From an uncultured Pelagibacteraceae bacterium (lineage in GTDB: Bacteria; Pseudomonadota; Alphaproteobacteria; Pelagibacterales; Pelagibacteraceae): a stretch of DNA of 64,000 nt. Under the pieces are notes generated by a model that was not told where the DNA came from, did no database searches, and worked only from the letters and a program-made list of their open reading frames with translations. Shown here one piece after another: positions 56,850 to 64,000 of the stretch. Every line of letters starts with the position of its first letter. Position 1 is the stretch's first letter. Made by a program: the position numbers and the translations under genes. The stretch is taken from the NCBI GenBank assembly GCA_902572345.1, contig CACGEW010000006.1, positions 15,231 to 79,230 on the forward strand, in the 5' to 3' direction.

Positions 56850-57266
56850 ATGATAGATAAGTTTGGAAATGCTTTTTATTTAATAATTTACTTAGCACAT
56901 TTTATTATTGTTGGCAGTTATGCCTACCAGTTGGTCTTTGATACTAAAAAATTTCTTAAGGGTAGAGGAGTTGATAAAACAGCTACTTTAATCACAAGAT
57001 TTGCAGGTTCGTTTATGATCGCAACTGTCTTAATGGCAATTTATGTTGCATTTATAAGATCAGGTGGACTAGTGGCTACTTGGGCGTTTTTTAATTTGGT
57101 TTTTATAATGAACGCTTCAATATTAGTTGTTAATTTTTATACATTAAAAATTGATAAAACGGGTTTAACTAAAAAAACAAGAAACGATGGAATTTGGGCA
57201 CCTCTAGTTCTTGTTATTATTAGCGCTATACTTTGTTACGGTTTAGCCGATAAAATTTACGTTTAA
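56850..57266 (+). CDS. Four-TM membrane protein, unknown function
   Basis: An AAAGGAG Shine-Dalgarno sequence lies upstream, and four hydrophobic helices are present. Confidence 0.4.
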   Translation: MIDKFGNAFYLIIYLAHFIIVGSYAYQLVFDTKKFLKGRGVDKTATLITRFAGSFMIATVLMAIYVAFIRSGGLVATWAFFNLVFIMNASILVVNFYTLKIDKTGLTKKTRNDGIWAPLVLVIISAILCYGLADKIYV

Positions 57267-57274
57267 GAAGATTT

Positions 57275-57568
57275 ATGGCAAAATTTATGAACATTGTTAG
57301 ATGTAAAGTGAAAACCTCTAATAGAGGAGAGTATCTAAAAAAAATTGACGATATGCCAAAGTTCGAGGGTCAAATTTCAGCTAAATATGTTGAAACTAAA
57401 CCTAACGAATTTTTTATGATCGGTGAATGGAATTCTGAAGATGCAATAGCCAAAGCAAGACCAAAGATGATTGAATTTTTGGACTCACTTCGGCACACTT
57501 TAGAAGAACTGTCGTCCGAGTTAGGTGTTACTGACCCTCACTCTGGTACAGTTGTAATCGAGAAATAA
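57275..57568 (+). CDS. Small ABM/dimeric alpha-beta barrel-like protein
   Basis: The 97-aa product has an alternating beta-alpha pattern. The resemblance to antibiotic-biosynthesis-monooxygenase-like domains is weak. Confidence 0.3.
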   Translation: MAKFMNIVRCKVKTSNRGEYLKKIDDMPKFEGQISAKYVETKPNEFFMIGEWNSEDAIAKARPKMIEFLDSLRHTLEELSSELGVTDPHSGTVVIEK

Positions 57569-57581
57569 GAAAGGAGTAACA

Positions 57582-57905
57582 ATGGCTAAATTCTATACAC
57601 TTGGATGTTATACAGCTAAGGGTCTCGCAGGGTTTGTAAACAACCCTTCAACAGACAGAAAAGCTGCAACATCAGCTTTAGCTGCTTCTGTAGGAGCGAA
57701 AGTAACTCAATATTCTGGCCTAAGAGGGAAATATGATTTTATGGCAGTGATTGAAGGAACTTTTGATCAAGCTGCTGCAGCTGCTATGGTTGCAGTTTCT
57801 AGTGGTGCTGTCTCAGATTTTACAATTTTAGAAGATGTAGATCTAAATGGGATAGCGAAGACTGCTCAGAAAATGGCTTCATCATACAAAGAGCCTGGAA
57901 AATAA
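57582..57905 (+). CDS. GYD-domain protein
   Basis: The pattern MAKFYTLGCYTAKGLAGF...GKYDFMAVIEG matches the GYD family. An AAAGGAG Shine-Dalgarno sequence is present. Confidence 0.55.
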   Translation: MAKFYTLGCYTAKGLAGFVNNPSTDRKAATSALAASVGAKVTQYSGLRGKYDFMAVIEGTFDQAAAAAMVAVSSGAVSDFTILEDVDLNGIAKTAQKMASSYKEPGK

Positions 57906-58613
57906 TTATTTTCTGTAGCTAATACATTTTAAGGTATCAGTGAATTTTATTTGATTTTTATACTTTGATTTAATTTCACTGATACCAAGTTTAATATCTT
58001 TATCGCTTATATTTAATAAGCATGAAATATACCTTTCTCTAAGCATTCTTACGTATTTTTGCTTAGATATATTTACTTTAAAGTTGAAGTTTGTGTAGCT
58101 TATAACTTTCAAATTTTTTTTGATTATCTTAAATAAAGCTTCATCTCTGTTTAAACTTTTCTCTAAATTTTTTCTCATTTTTTTAAAACAAGGTATCTTA
58201 TTATTTTTTGTTTTAAGTGAAAAAATTAGTATTTTGCCTTTGGGATTTAAACTTTTTTTAGCAAGAATAAGAAGACGATTTAAATTAGTTTTTGAAAAAA
58301 AATGAGCAGTTTGTTTGATTAAAATTAAATCATATTTTTTTTGTTTCTTTAAATATTTTAAAGCATCAATTTTCTTAAATATGATATTCTTTTTAACATC
58401 CTTATTTGCAACAACATCAATTCCTATGGGTTTATTTTTAAATTTATATTTCTTTTGAAGAGCAGAAATAATATTTGCTCTTCCACATCCAATATCCAAC
58501 ATTTTTGAATTTTTATTAAAATTAATTTTTTTTTTAAGAAATTTATTAAATTGAAAGATATACGACTTGGATGATAGCCAAGTTTTATTATCCCAGTTTT
58601 TAAGTCTTTTCAT
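57906..58613 (-). CDS. Class I SAM-dependent methyltransferase
   Basis: It has motif I MLDIGCGRANI and a length of 235 aa. Confidence 0.65.
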   Translation of the reverse strand: MKRLKNWDNKTWLSSKSYIFQFNKFLKKKINFNKNSKMLDIGCGRANIISALQKKYKFKNKPIGIDVVANKDVKKNIIFKKIDALKYLKKQKKYDLILIKQTAHFFSKTNLNRLLILAKKSLNPKGKILIFSLKTKNNKIPCFKKMRKNLEKSLNRDEALFKIIKKNLKVISYTNFNFKVNISKQKYVRMLRERYISCLLNISDKDIKLGISEIKSKYKNQIKFTDTLKCISYRK

Positions 58614-59521
58614 TAAAGGGCAACAACAGCAGCAGCCATGGAGGCAAGTCTTGCCTGTGTATCGTCAGCTCTACTTGTTATTACTACAGGAACTTTTCCA
58701 CCAACTACTACACCAGCTGCACAAGCTCCCATAAAAAAAATCATCATTTTTACTAAAGCATTTCCAGTTTCTACGTTTGGAACCAATAGAATATCAGTTT
58801 TACCAGCTACAGCATTTTTAATCCCTTTAATTTGAGCTGCTTTTTCAGAAACTGAATTATCAAAAGCCATTGGACCAAATACATCTGCATTTAAACCTTC
58901 CTCCTTAGCTCTTTTTGTAAGCTCACTTGCCTCCATTGAACTCGGCACACTATCTAAAACTTCTTCAGTAGCTGATAGAACAGAAACTTTAGGTTTTTCA
59001 ATTCCTATTCTATTCGTAAAATCTATTGCATTTTTTAATATATGCATTTTTGTTTCTAATTTTGGTAAAACGTTTAATGCCCCATCAGTGATGATAAATG
59101 GTTTATCATTTTTCTCCAAAGTCATATGCCAAATATGACTAAGTCTTTTTTTTCCAATTAAATTTAAATCTCTTTTTAAAACTGCTTTCATAAGCACATC
59201 GGTATGAATATGTCCTTTTACAATTATTTTTACCTTACCTTCACTTGCAAGTTTTGCAGCGATCGGAGCAGTACTGTTTTCATCTGGTTCATTAATTACT
59301 TCGTATTTAGAAATATCCCAGTTTAATTGTTTAGCATTTTTCTCGATTATTGATTTGTCTCCAATAAAAACTGGCATGATTAAATTTGCATCTACGGCTT
59401 GTTTTGCAGACTCTATTGAAACAGGCTTTACTGCATTAACTATTACTGCTTTTGCTGGTCCTTTTGTTTTAGCTATCTTAAGCAAATTTTCAGGGCAAAT
59501 AATATCTTTTTTACTAAGCAT
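58613..59521 (-). CDS. pta: Phosphate acetyl/butyryl-transferase family protein (short Pta)
   Basis: It is a 302-aa PTA_PTB domain with the motifs IVKGHIHTD and GNALVKMM. It shares the island with xsc, which produces acetyl phosphate. Confidence 0.7.
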   Translation of the reverse strand: MLSKKDIICPENLLKIAKTKGPAKAVIVNAVKPVSIESAKQAVDANLIMPVFIGDKSIIEKNAKQLNWDISKYEVINEPDENSTAPIAAKLASEGKVKIIVKGHIHTDVLMKAVLKRDLNLIGKKRLSHIWHMTLEKNDKPFIITDGALNVLPKLETKMHILKNAIDFTNRIGIEKPKVSVLSATEEVLDSVPSSMEASELTKRAKEEGLNADVFGPMAFDNSVSEKAAQIKGIKNAVAGKTDILLVPNVETGNALVKMMIFFMGACAAGVVVGGKVPVVITSRADDTQARLASMAAAVVAL

Positions 59522-60518
59522 TTAATTCATTCATTTCTTTTAAAATTTTAGCAGGAATAGATATATCTTTATTTAAATTCTTTTTATATGTCTTATTTTT
59601 TCTCTCACCTGGATACAAAATATTTGAAAATCCTTTTGCTTTTGGAAGTTTTTTGACTAACTTTATGTTTTTCTTTATTTCTTTGATGAATTTGCTTCCA
59701 ATAAAAATTTTTGGATTAATAGTAATAAATAAATGACCCATATTCTGAGGCCCCGATAAATCGTCAAAAGGATCCTTTGTTTTCCCTCCATGACTGCTAC
59801 CAGTAAAGACGCCACTTAGAATATCTACCATCCAAGCTAAACCAGAACCTTTAAAACCTGCGATGGGTAATTGAGTTCCTCTAAGCGCTTCTTTGGCATT
59901 TGTAGTTATCTTTCCTTGTTTGTTGAGTGCAACACCATAAGGAATTTTTAAACCTAACTTATCTGCTCTTCTTATAGCTCCTCTGTTAATCATTGATGTT
60001 GAGGCGTCAAATATAAAAGGAACTCCTCCTGTTGGAGCCCCAAAGCAAATAGGGTTAGTGCCAAAGAGAGATTTTTTCGCACCATGAGGCGCTAAGGCAG
60101 CAGGTGCATTAGTAAAACAAAAAACCATTAATTTATTATTGACTGCTTGCTCAGCGTAAAAACTTGAAAGTCCATAATGTCCACTTTTTTTTATAGCAAC
60201 TAAACCTATTCCAGTTTTTTTAGCATTTTTAATTGCTTGTTTAATACCTATGTCAGCACTAACGAAACCAATGCTATTGTCAGCATCTATATATGAAACA
60301 GATGAACTTATCTTTTTTATTTTAATTTTTGGTTTAGGATTAATTACTTTTGCTTTAATTCTATCACAATACATTTTTAGTCTAGCCAAACCATGACCTT
60401 TTGCTATTAATATTTCTGCTTTAACTAAATATTTAGAGCAAATTTCAGCGTGATTTTTTGATAGATTATGTTTTAAAAATATCTGTTTAAGTTTTGATTT
60501 TAAAAGACTTTTTTTCAC
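59514..60518 (-). CDS. comC: Ldh_2 family malate/L-sulfolactate dehydrogenase (ComC-like)
   Basis: It is 334 aa long with the motifs GHGLARL, SGHYGLSSFYA and FGTNPICFGAP. The sulfonate context suggests sulfolactate/sulfopyruvate as substrates. Confidence 0.6.
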   Translation of the reverse strand: MKKSLLKSKLKQIFLKHNLSKNHAEICSKYLVKAEILIAKGHGLARLKMYCDRIKAKVINPKPKIKIKKISSSVSYIDADNSIGFVSADIGIKQAIKNAKKTGIGLVAIKKSGHYGLSSFYAEQAVNNKLMVFCFTNAPAALAPHGAKKSLFGTNPICFGAPTGGVPFIFDASTSMINRGAIRRADKLGLKIPYGVALNKQGKITTNAKEALRGTQLPIAGFKGSGLAWMVDILSGVFTGSSHGGKTKDPFDDLSGPQNMGHLFITINPKIFIGSKFIKEIKKNIKLVKKLPKAKGFSNILYPGERKNKTYKKNLNKDISIPAKILKEMNELNA

Positions 60519-60949
60519 TTAAATTTTTTATTTCCTTTAGCTTCCCAAAAATTTGTTCTCTGCTCTGGGTTTTCAACCAAACTTTTACACATCATGCCAT
60601 ACTCTTTGGCTAGAGAAGAAAAATCATTTTTAGCTAATTCTACAAATTTATTAACTTTATCTTTTGTCATTTGAGACATTACCTCTGGATTTAATCCCAT
60701 TATTTCCCCAAGATCATAGTTATATTTTAAAGAAACATCTGCACTATTTTCTAAGCTGTCGATAATACTTTTGTCTTTTCCTGCATTTTTAAAACTTTGG
60801 GCGGCAACTTTATAAAAACTATAACAATTAACATAATCTCTTTGAATATTTTCCATTACATACTTTGCGACTTTTTGTTCTTTAGCATTTTCGTTCGCAT
60901 TTAAAGAGATAGGAATTATAGCTAAAATTATTAAAATTATTTTTTTCAT
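60515..60949 (-). CDS. Secreted hypothetical protein
   Basis: It has a signal peptide MKKIILIILAIIPISLNA and is 144 aa long. It is coupled to both neighbouring genes. Confidence 0.4.
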   Translation of the reverse strand: MKKIILIILAIIPISLNANENAKEQKVAKYVMENIQRDYVNCYSFYKVAAQSFKNAGKDKSIIDSLENSADVSLKYNYDLGEIMGLNPEVMSQMTKDKVNKFVELAKNDFSSLAKEYGMMCKSLVENPEQRTNFWEAKGNKKFK

Positions 60950-61638
60950 TTATATTTTTTCATTGAAGCCTCAGCTAAAATTAGATTTGGATCCATAAAT
61001 ATTTTTGAAAGCTTAGCTTTCTTAAAAGACTTATATGCAAAAATTGCAATTGGCAACTCTGTGCAGCCCAAAATGATTTTTTTACATTTCTTTTTTATTA
61101 GATAATTTACCGCCGGTTTTATAGTTCTTTCAGCTTCCTTAGTTTTACCCATTTTTACAAGTTTAATAGATTTATTAACGCTTCTTTTTTGTAATGTTGT
61201 GCTTGGCGAAACTAATAAAAATTTTCTGTTAAAGTAATGACTATATACACCAGTTTTTATTGTTGCTTCAGTTGCCAATAAACCAATTTTAGAATTTCTT
61301 TGTAAATTATTTTTTGCGTTCAAATATACAATTTCTGGCATATTTAAAATTGGTATTTTTATTTTCTTTCTGAGATCTTTGTACCAATAGTGTGCGGTAT
61401 TACATGGAATTGATATAAACTTACATTTGCTTTTCTGTAAAAACTTACATCCATTTATAAGACTTTTTAAAACTTTATTATACTTTTTAAGATTTTGTTT
61501 TCGATCCGGAATATTCGACTTATTATATAAAACAAATAAAGGATATTTTTGATCAGCTTTTCCTCTATTTAATTTTGCAAGTTTAGAGCAAAAATCTAAT
61601 CCTGCTTGTGTGCCCATGCCACCAAGTATTCCAATCAT
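60946..61638 (-). CDS. Aspartate/glutamate racemase family protein
   Basis: It has MIGILGGMGTQAG and the two catalytic-Cys contexts IPCNTAHYW and LGCTELP. Confidence 0.75.
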   Translation of the reverse strand: MIGILGGMGTQAGLDFCSKLAKLNRGKADQKYPLFVLYNKSNIPDRKQNLKKYNKVLKSLINGCKFLQKSKCKFISIPCNTAHYWYKDLRKKIKIPILNMPEIVYLNAKNNLQRNSKIGLLATEATIKTGVYSHYFNRKFLLVSPSTTLQKRSVNKSIKLVKMGKTKEAERTIKPAVNYLIKKKCKKIILGCTELPIAIFAYKSFKKAKLSKIFMDPNLILAEASMKKYK

Positions 61639-61653
61639 AAATTAAAAAATAGA

Positions 61654-63561
61654 TTAACCTTTTCCTCGCCAAGGTATCGTTTTGTCAATTATCTTTCTAA
61701 TTGTGATATCAAAAATTAATCCTAACATTCCCATTATAAATATAGTTATCCATATTACTTCATATTGGAAATATTTTTTCGCGACATTTTCTACGAAGCC
61801 AACACCTGTTGTTCCAGCTAAAAATTCTGCAGCTACTAGTGTTCCCCAACACATTCCTGTTGCAACTCTTATTCCAGTTAGTATTTCTGGCAAAGAGTTA
61901 GGAAAAATAACGTGTCTTAATATTTGCCATTTAGATGCTCCAAGAGAGTGTGCTGCATGAATTTTTGATAATTGAGTTCCTGATGCACCAGCTCTAGCTG
62001 AAATTATCATAATTGATAATGACACCATAAATAATAAAAATACTTTTCCAAGATTGTCTATTCCAAGAACCGAAATAACTAATGGCGCCCATGCTAAAGG
62101 GGGAACAGGTCTGTATAGTTCAATTAAAGGGTCAAAAAACCCTTTTGCAAATCTATTTAATCCCATAAATAATCCTAATGGAACTCCAACTATAATTCCC
62201 GCAACTAATCCAAGGAATACTCTTAAAAATGAATCCCATATGTGACCAGTAGGAATAGGAATTTTAAATAAGTTAAATTCTCCAGTGACAAAACTTAAAA
62301 CTTTACTTTTGAAATTTGGCTTAACTTCACCTTGTTCATTATGAACTGGGTACTCTCCTGGTAAAATATCTGCAAACCAATCAGGTATTAAAAAACCAAT
62401 GATCTTACTTACATCCATCATCTCATACCAAATCAATGGAATTTGTTTGTAACCCACATTTGGGTTTAACATTAATGTAAATTTATTAAGCGTATCTGAT
62501 GGTTTTGGAAGCCATCTACCTGAGCCTTGCTCAGAACAACTTGGGCCACTTGAAATGATCGTACCTGATGGAAACAAAAGAAGATCTACCCATCTAAGGC
62601 TGCCTTGTTCTTTTTTTTGCGTATTATCAAAACTAATTATTGATGCTTGCATGTCTTTAAGGGTATTAGGTGGAAATATACTTGCATATTCAATTCTACG
62701 CGCGATCTTAAGAATATCTTTAGCTAATGATGAAGAAATTTCCTCAGAAGTGCTTAAACTGTCTCTATAATCTTTTATTTCTTTTTTTAGTTTTTCTAAA
62801 GCGGAAGTATATTGCTCATTATGATTTTTAAGTTCAAAGAATTCATCACTTATTAAATTTAATTCTGTAGCTGCTGCCTGGAATTTTAAACCTCGCTTTG
62901 TTTTTGGAATAAAGGGAATTTCGATTGTATTTTCAATTGAGGTACTTGATGCTTTCCAAGAACCTTCTTCCTTAGCTGCTTCAATTCTCTCTAATTCTTG
63001 TTCGGCACTCTCATTGGGATAATCACTTCTTTTAAAATTCTCAGTTAAATTTATAATTTTTTCATTTATTAATTTAATTTGTTCTCTAGTCTCATTATTT
63101 AAAAGCTGTTCATTTGTAAGTAATGGGATTGTGTTTTTAGTTTGAGAGACAAAATTAAGTAACTTACTTTTATCTTGATTTTTGACACCGGATTTTTCTA
63201 TTTCAATAGTGATTTTGTCTAAATTTTCTGACTCAGTTTCTATTACCGATGTGCTCTTTAGTTGACGTTCATCTATTGGAAATAAATATTTAAGCGAAAG
63301 AAGAGACTCGTTTACTTTTCCAACTTGGCAAAGTTCATTAGCTGACTTTGGAAAAAAAGACTTAGCTATGTCCCATGAATAATAAAGCCAAACTAATAAA
63401 AGAAAACTACTTCCTACAATGACCCAATGAATACCTCCTTGTGCTCTTTCAGGATTTCCAAAAACTGCATCCACTTTTTCAGTTCTTATTAATTTTCTCC
63501 CATATAAAACACATCCTATAATCGCGAAGAAAAATAAAAATGTTAAAAAACCTGTGATCAT
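61654..63561 (-). CDS. ABC transporter permease (NitT/TauT family) with a roughly 430-aa N-terminal extension
   Basis: The C-terminal 200 aa form a TauC/SsuC-like BPD_transp_1 domain (EAA-like loop AAHSLGASKWQILRHVIFPNSLPE). The N-terminus has one TM followed by a long charged, coiled-coil-like region. Confidence 0.75.
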   Translation of the reverse strand: MITGFLTFLFFFAIIGCVLYGRKLIRTEKVDAVFGNPERAQGGIHWVIVGSSFLLLVWLYYSWDIAKSFFPKSANELCQVGKVNESLLSLKYLFPIDERQLKSTSVIETESENLDKITIEIEKSGVKNQDKSKLLNFVSQTKNTIPLLTNEQLLNNETREQIKLINEKIINLTENFKRSDYPNESAEQELERIEAAKEEGSWKASSTSIENTIEIPFIPKTKRGLKFQAAATELNLISDEFFELKNHNEQYTSALEKLKKEIKDYRDSLSTSEEISSSLAKDILKIARRIEYASIFPPNTLKDMQASIISFDNTQKKEQGSLRWVDLLLFPSGTIISSGPSCSEQGSGRWLPKPSDTLNKFTLMLNPNVGYKQIPLIWYEMMDVSKIIGFLIPDWFADILPGEYPVHNEQGEVKPNFKSKVLSFVTGEFNLFKIPIPTGHIWDSFLRVFLGLVAGIIVGVPLGLFMGLNRFAKGFFDPLIELYRPVPPLAWAPLVISVLGIDNLGKVFLLFMVSLSIMIISARAGASGTQLSKIHAAHSLGASKWQILRHVIFPNSLPEILTGIRVATGMCWGTLVAAEFLAGTTGVGFVENVAKKYFQYEVIWITIFIMGMLGLIFDITIRKIIDKTIPWRGKG

Positions 63562-64000
63562 TTAAACTTCTTTTCCCATTATTTCTTCTTCCATGTCCCA
63601 TATCATTGAAAGAATTTCTTCTCTTTTTGATACGAACTCTTTATTGTTTTTAATATCTCTTAAGTCTTCTTTAAGACCCATTGATGCGAAAGGTAATTTG
63701 TATTCTTTGTGTATTCTTCCTGGTCTTGGTGCCATAACATAAACTTTTTCTCCAAGTAACAATGCTTCTTCAACAGAGTGAGTAATAAGAATAATTGTTT
63801 TTCCAGTTTCTTTCCAAATTTTAAGAACTAAAGATTGCATTTTTTCTCTTGTCAAAGCATCTAAGGCTCCTAAAGGTTCGTCCATTAATATTAATTCTGG
63901 ATCATTAATCAAACATCTTGCCAAAGCTACTCTTTGCTGCATTCCTCCAGACAATTGATAAGTAGGAGTGTTACCAAAACCTTTTAGCCCAACTATATCT
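63562..64000 (-). CDS. ABC transporter ATP-binding protein (TauB/SsuB-like), N-terminus outside the window
   Basis: It has the signature QLSGGMQQRVALAR, the Walker B motif LILMDEPLGALD and the H-loop ITHS. The frame stays open to base 64000. Confidence 0.85.
   Translation of the reverse strand, partial: DIVGLKGFGNTPTYQLSGGMQQRVALARCLINDPELILMDEPLGALDALTREKMQSLVLKIWKETGKTIILITHSVEEALLLGEKVYVMAPRPGRIHKEYKLPFASMGLKEDLRDIKNNKEFVSKREEILSMIWDMEEEIMGKEV

Noticed and set aside
1-64000. The remaining short track ORFs that overlap called genes. Examples are 381-566, 1974-2216, 2663-2860, 10188-10376, 14037-14279, 17621-17884, 19707-19916, 21981-22181, 27656-27883, 30801-31031, 32060-32326, 36924-37118, 37063-37266, 38208-38399, 50962-51222, 53068-53352, 53569-53820, 54655-54858, 55293-55526, 55873-56160, 58120-58305, 58638-58835, 61682-61960, 62054-62245 and 62555-62770.
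   Set aside because: Each lies antisense to, or out of frame within, a longer ORF with clear family motifs. Their products are low-complexity with no motifs and no room for their own expression signals.
1-64000. A search for CRISPR arrays, IS elements, integrases, prophage or defence-system genes, tRNA and rRNA genes
   Set aside because: I saw no repeat-spacer arrays, no transposase, integrase or phage-like ORFs, no nuclease/ATPase defence modules and no tRNA cloverleaf candidates. The only notable repeats are the 11-nt units at 35983-36015 and paralogous genes.

Overview
The window is AT-rich (about 30% G+C by eye) and very gene-dense, with many 1-16 nt gene overlaps and intergenic spacers mostly under 100 nt. 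That style, plus a glycine riboswitch on gcvT and an aprMBA operon, fits a streamlined marine alphaproteobacterium of the SAR11/Pelagibacterales type; this taxon call is inference. I found no rRNA, tRNA, CRISPR array, transposase, integrase or phage genes.

Content from left to right:
- 1.4-5.9 kb: a tandem glycine riboswitch followed by gcvT-gcvH-gcvP.
- 5.9-18.1 kb: a light / photo-oxidative-stress neighbourhood. It holds an amine-oxidase-like flavoprotein, DUF1365, a CFA-synthase-like methyltransferase, a DUF3833 lipoprotein, SDRs, TspO, HPP, MsrA and two photolyase-family proteins. It also holds a DCC (DUF393) protein and an uncalled DUF2256 mini-gene.
- 18-24 kb: housekeeping genes hisI, folE, a YhdH/AcuI-type reductase, a LysR regulator, RseP and HU.
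- 24.3-27.1 kb: two tandem ammonium transporter paralogs with no PII gene beside them.
- 27-36 kb: mixed genes including rhodanese, recX, cysQ, mnmA, a metC-like lyase and an MFS transporter. A roughly 140 nt GC-rich, hairpin-rich intergenic element that looks like an unclassified structured RNA lies at about 32.5-32.65 kb.
- 36.1-64 kb: a large organosulfonate / sulfite island, the most interesting part.
  - It starts with a CADD-like protein and a small nucleotidyltransferase.
  - Next come aprM-aprB-aprA, an orphan orf116 and a TauE/SafE exporter.
  - A HIT protein, SuyAB-like sulfo-lyase subunits and a divergent xsc follow.
  - A DHPS-type module comes next: two SDRs, a GMC oxidoreductase, a TRAP transporter, an HpsN-like HisD homolog and a Zn-ADH.
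  - It ends with pta, a ComC-like Ldh_2 dehydrogenase, an Asp/Glu-family racemase and a NitT/TauT-type ABC transporter whose permease has a roughly 430-aa N-terminal extension.

All functional calls come from motif and family recognition in the supplied translations. No database search was run.
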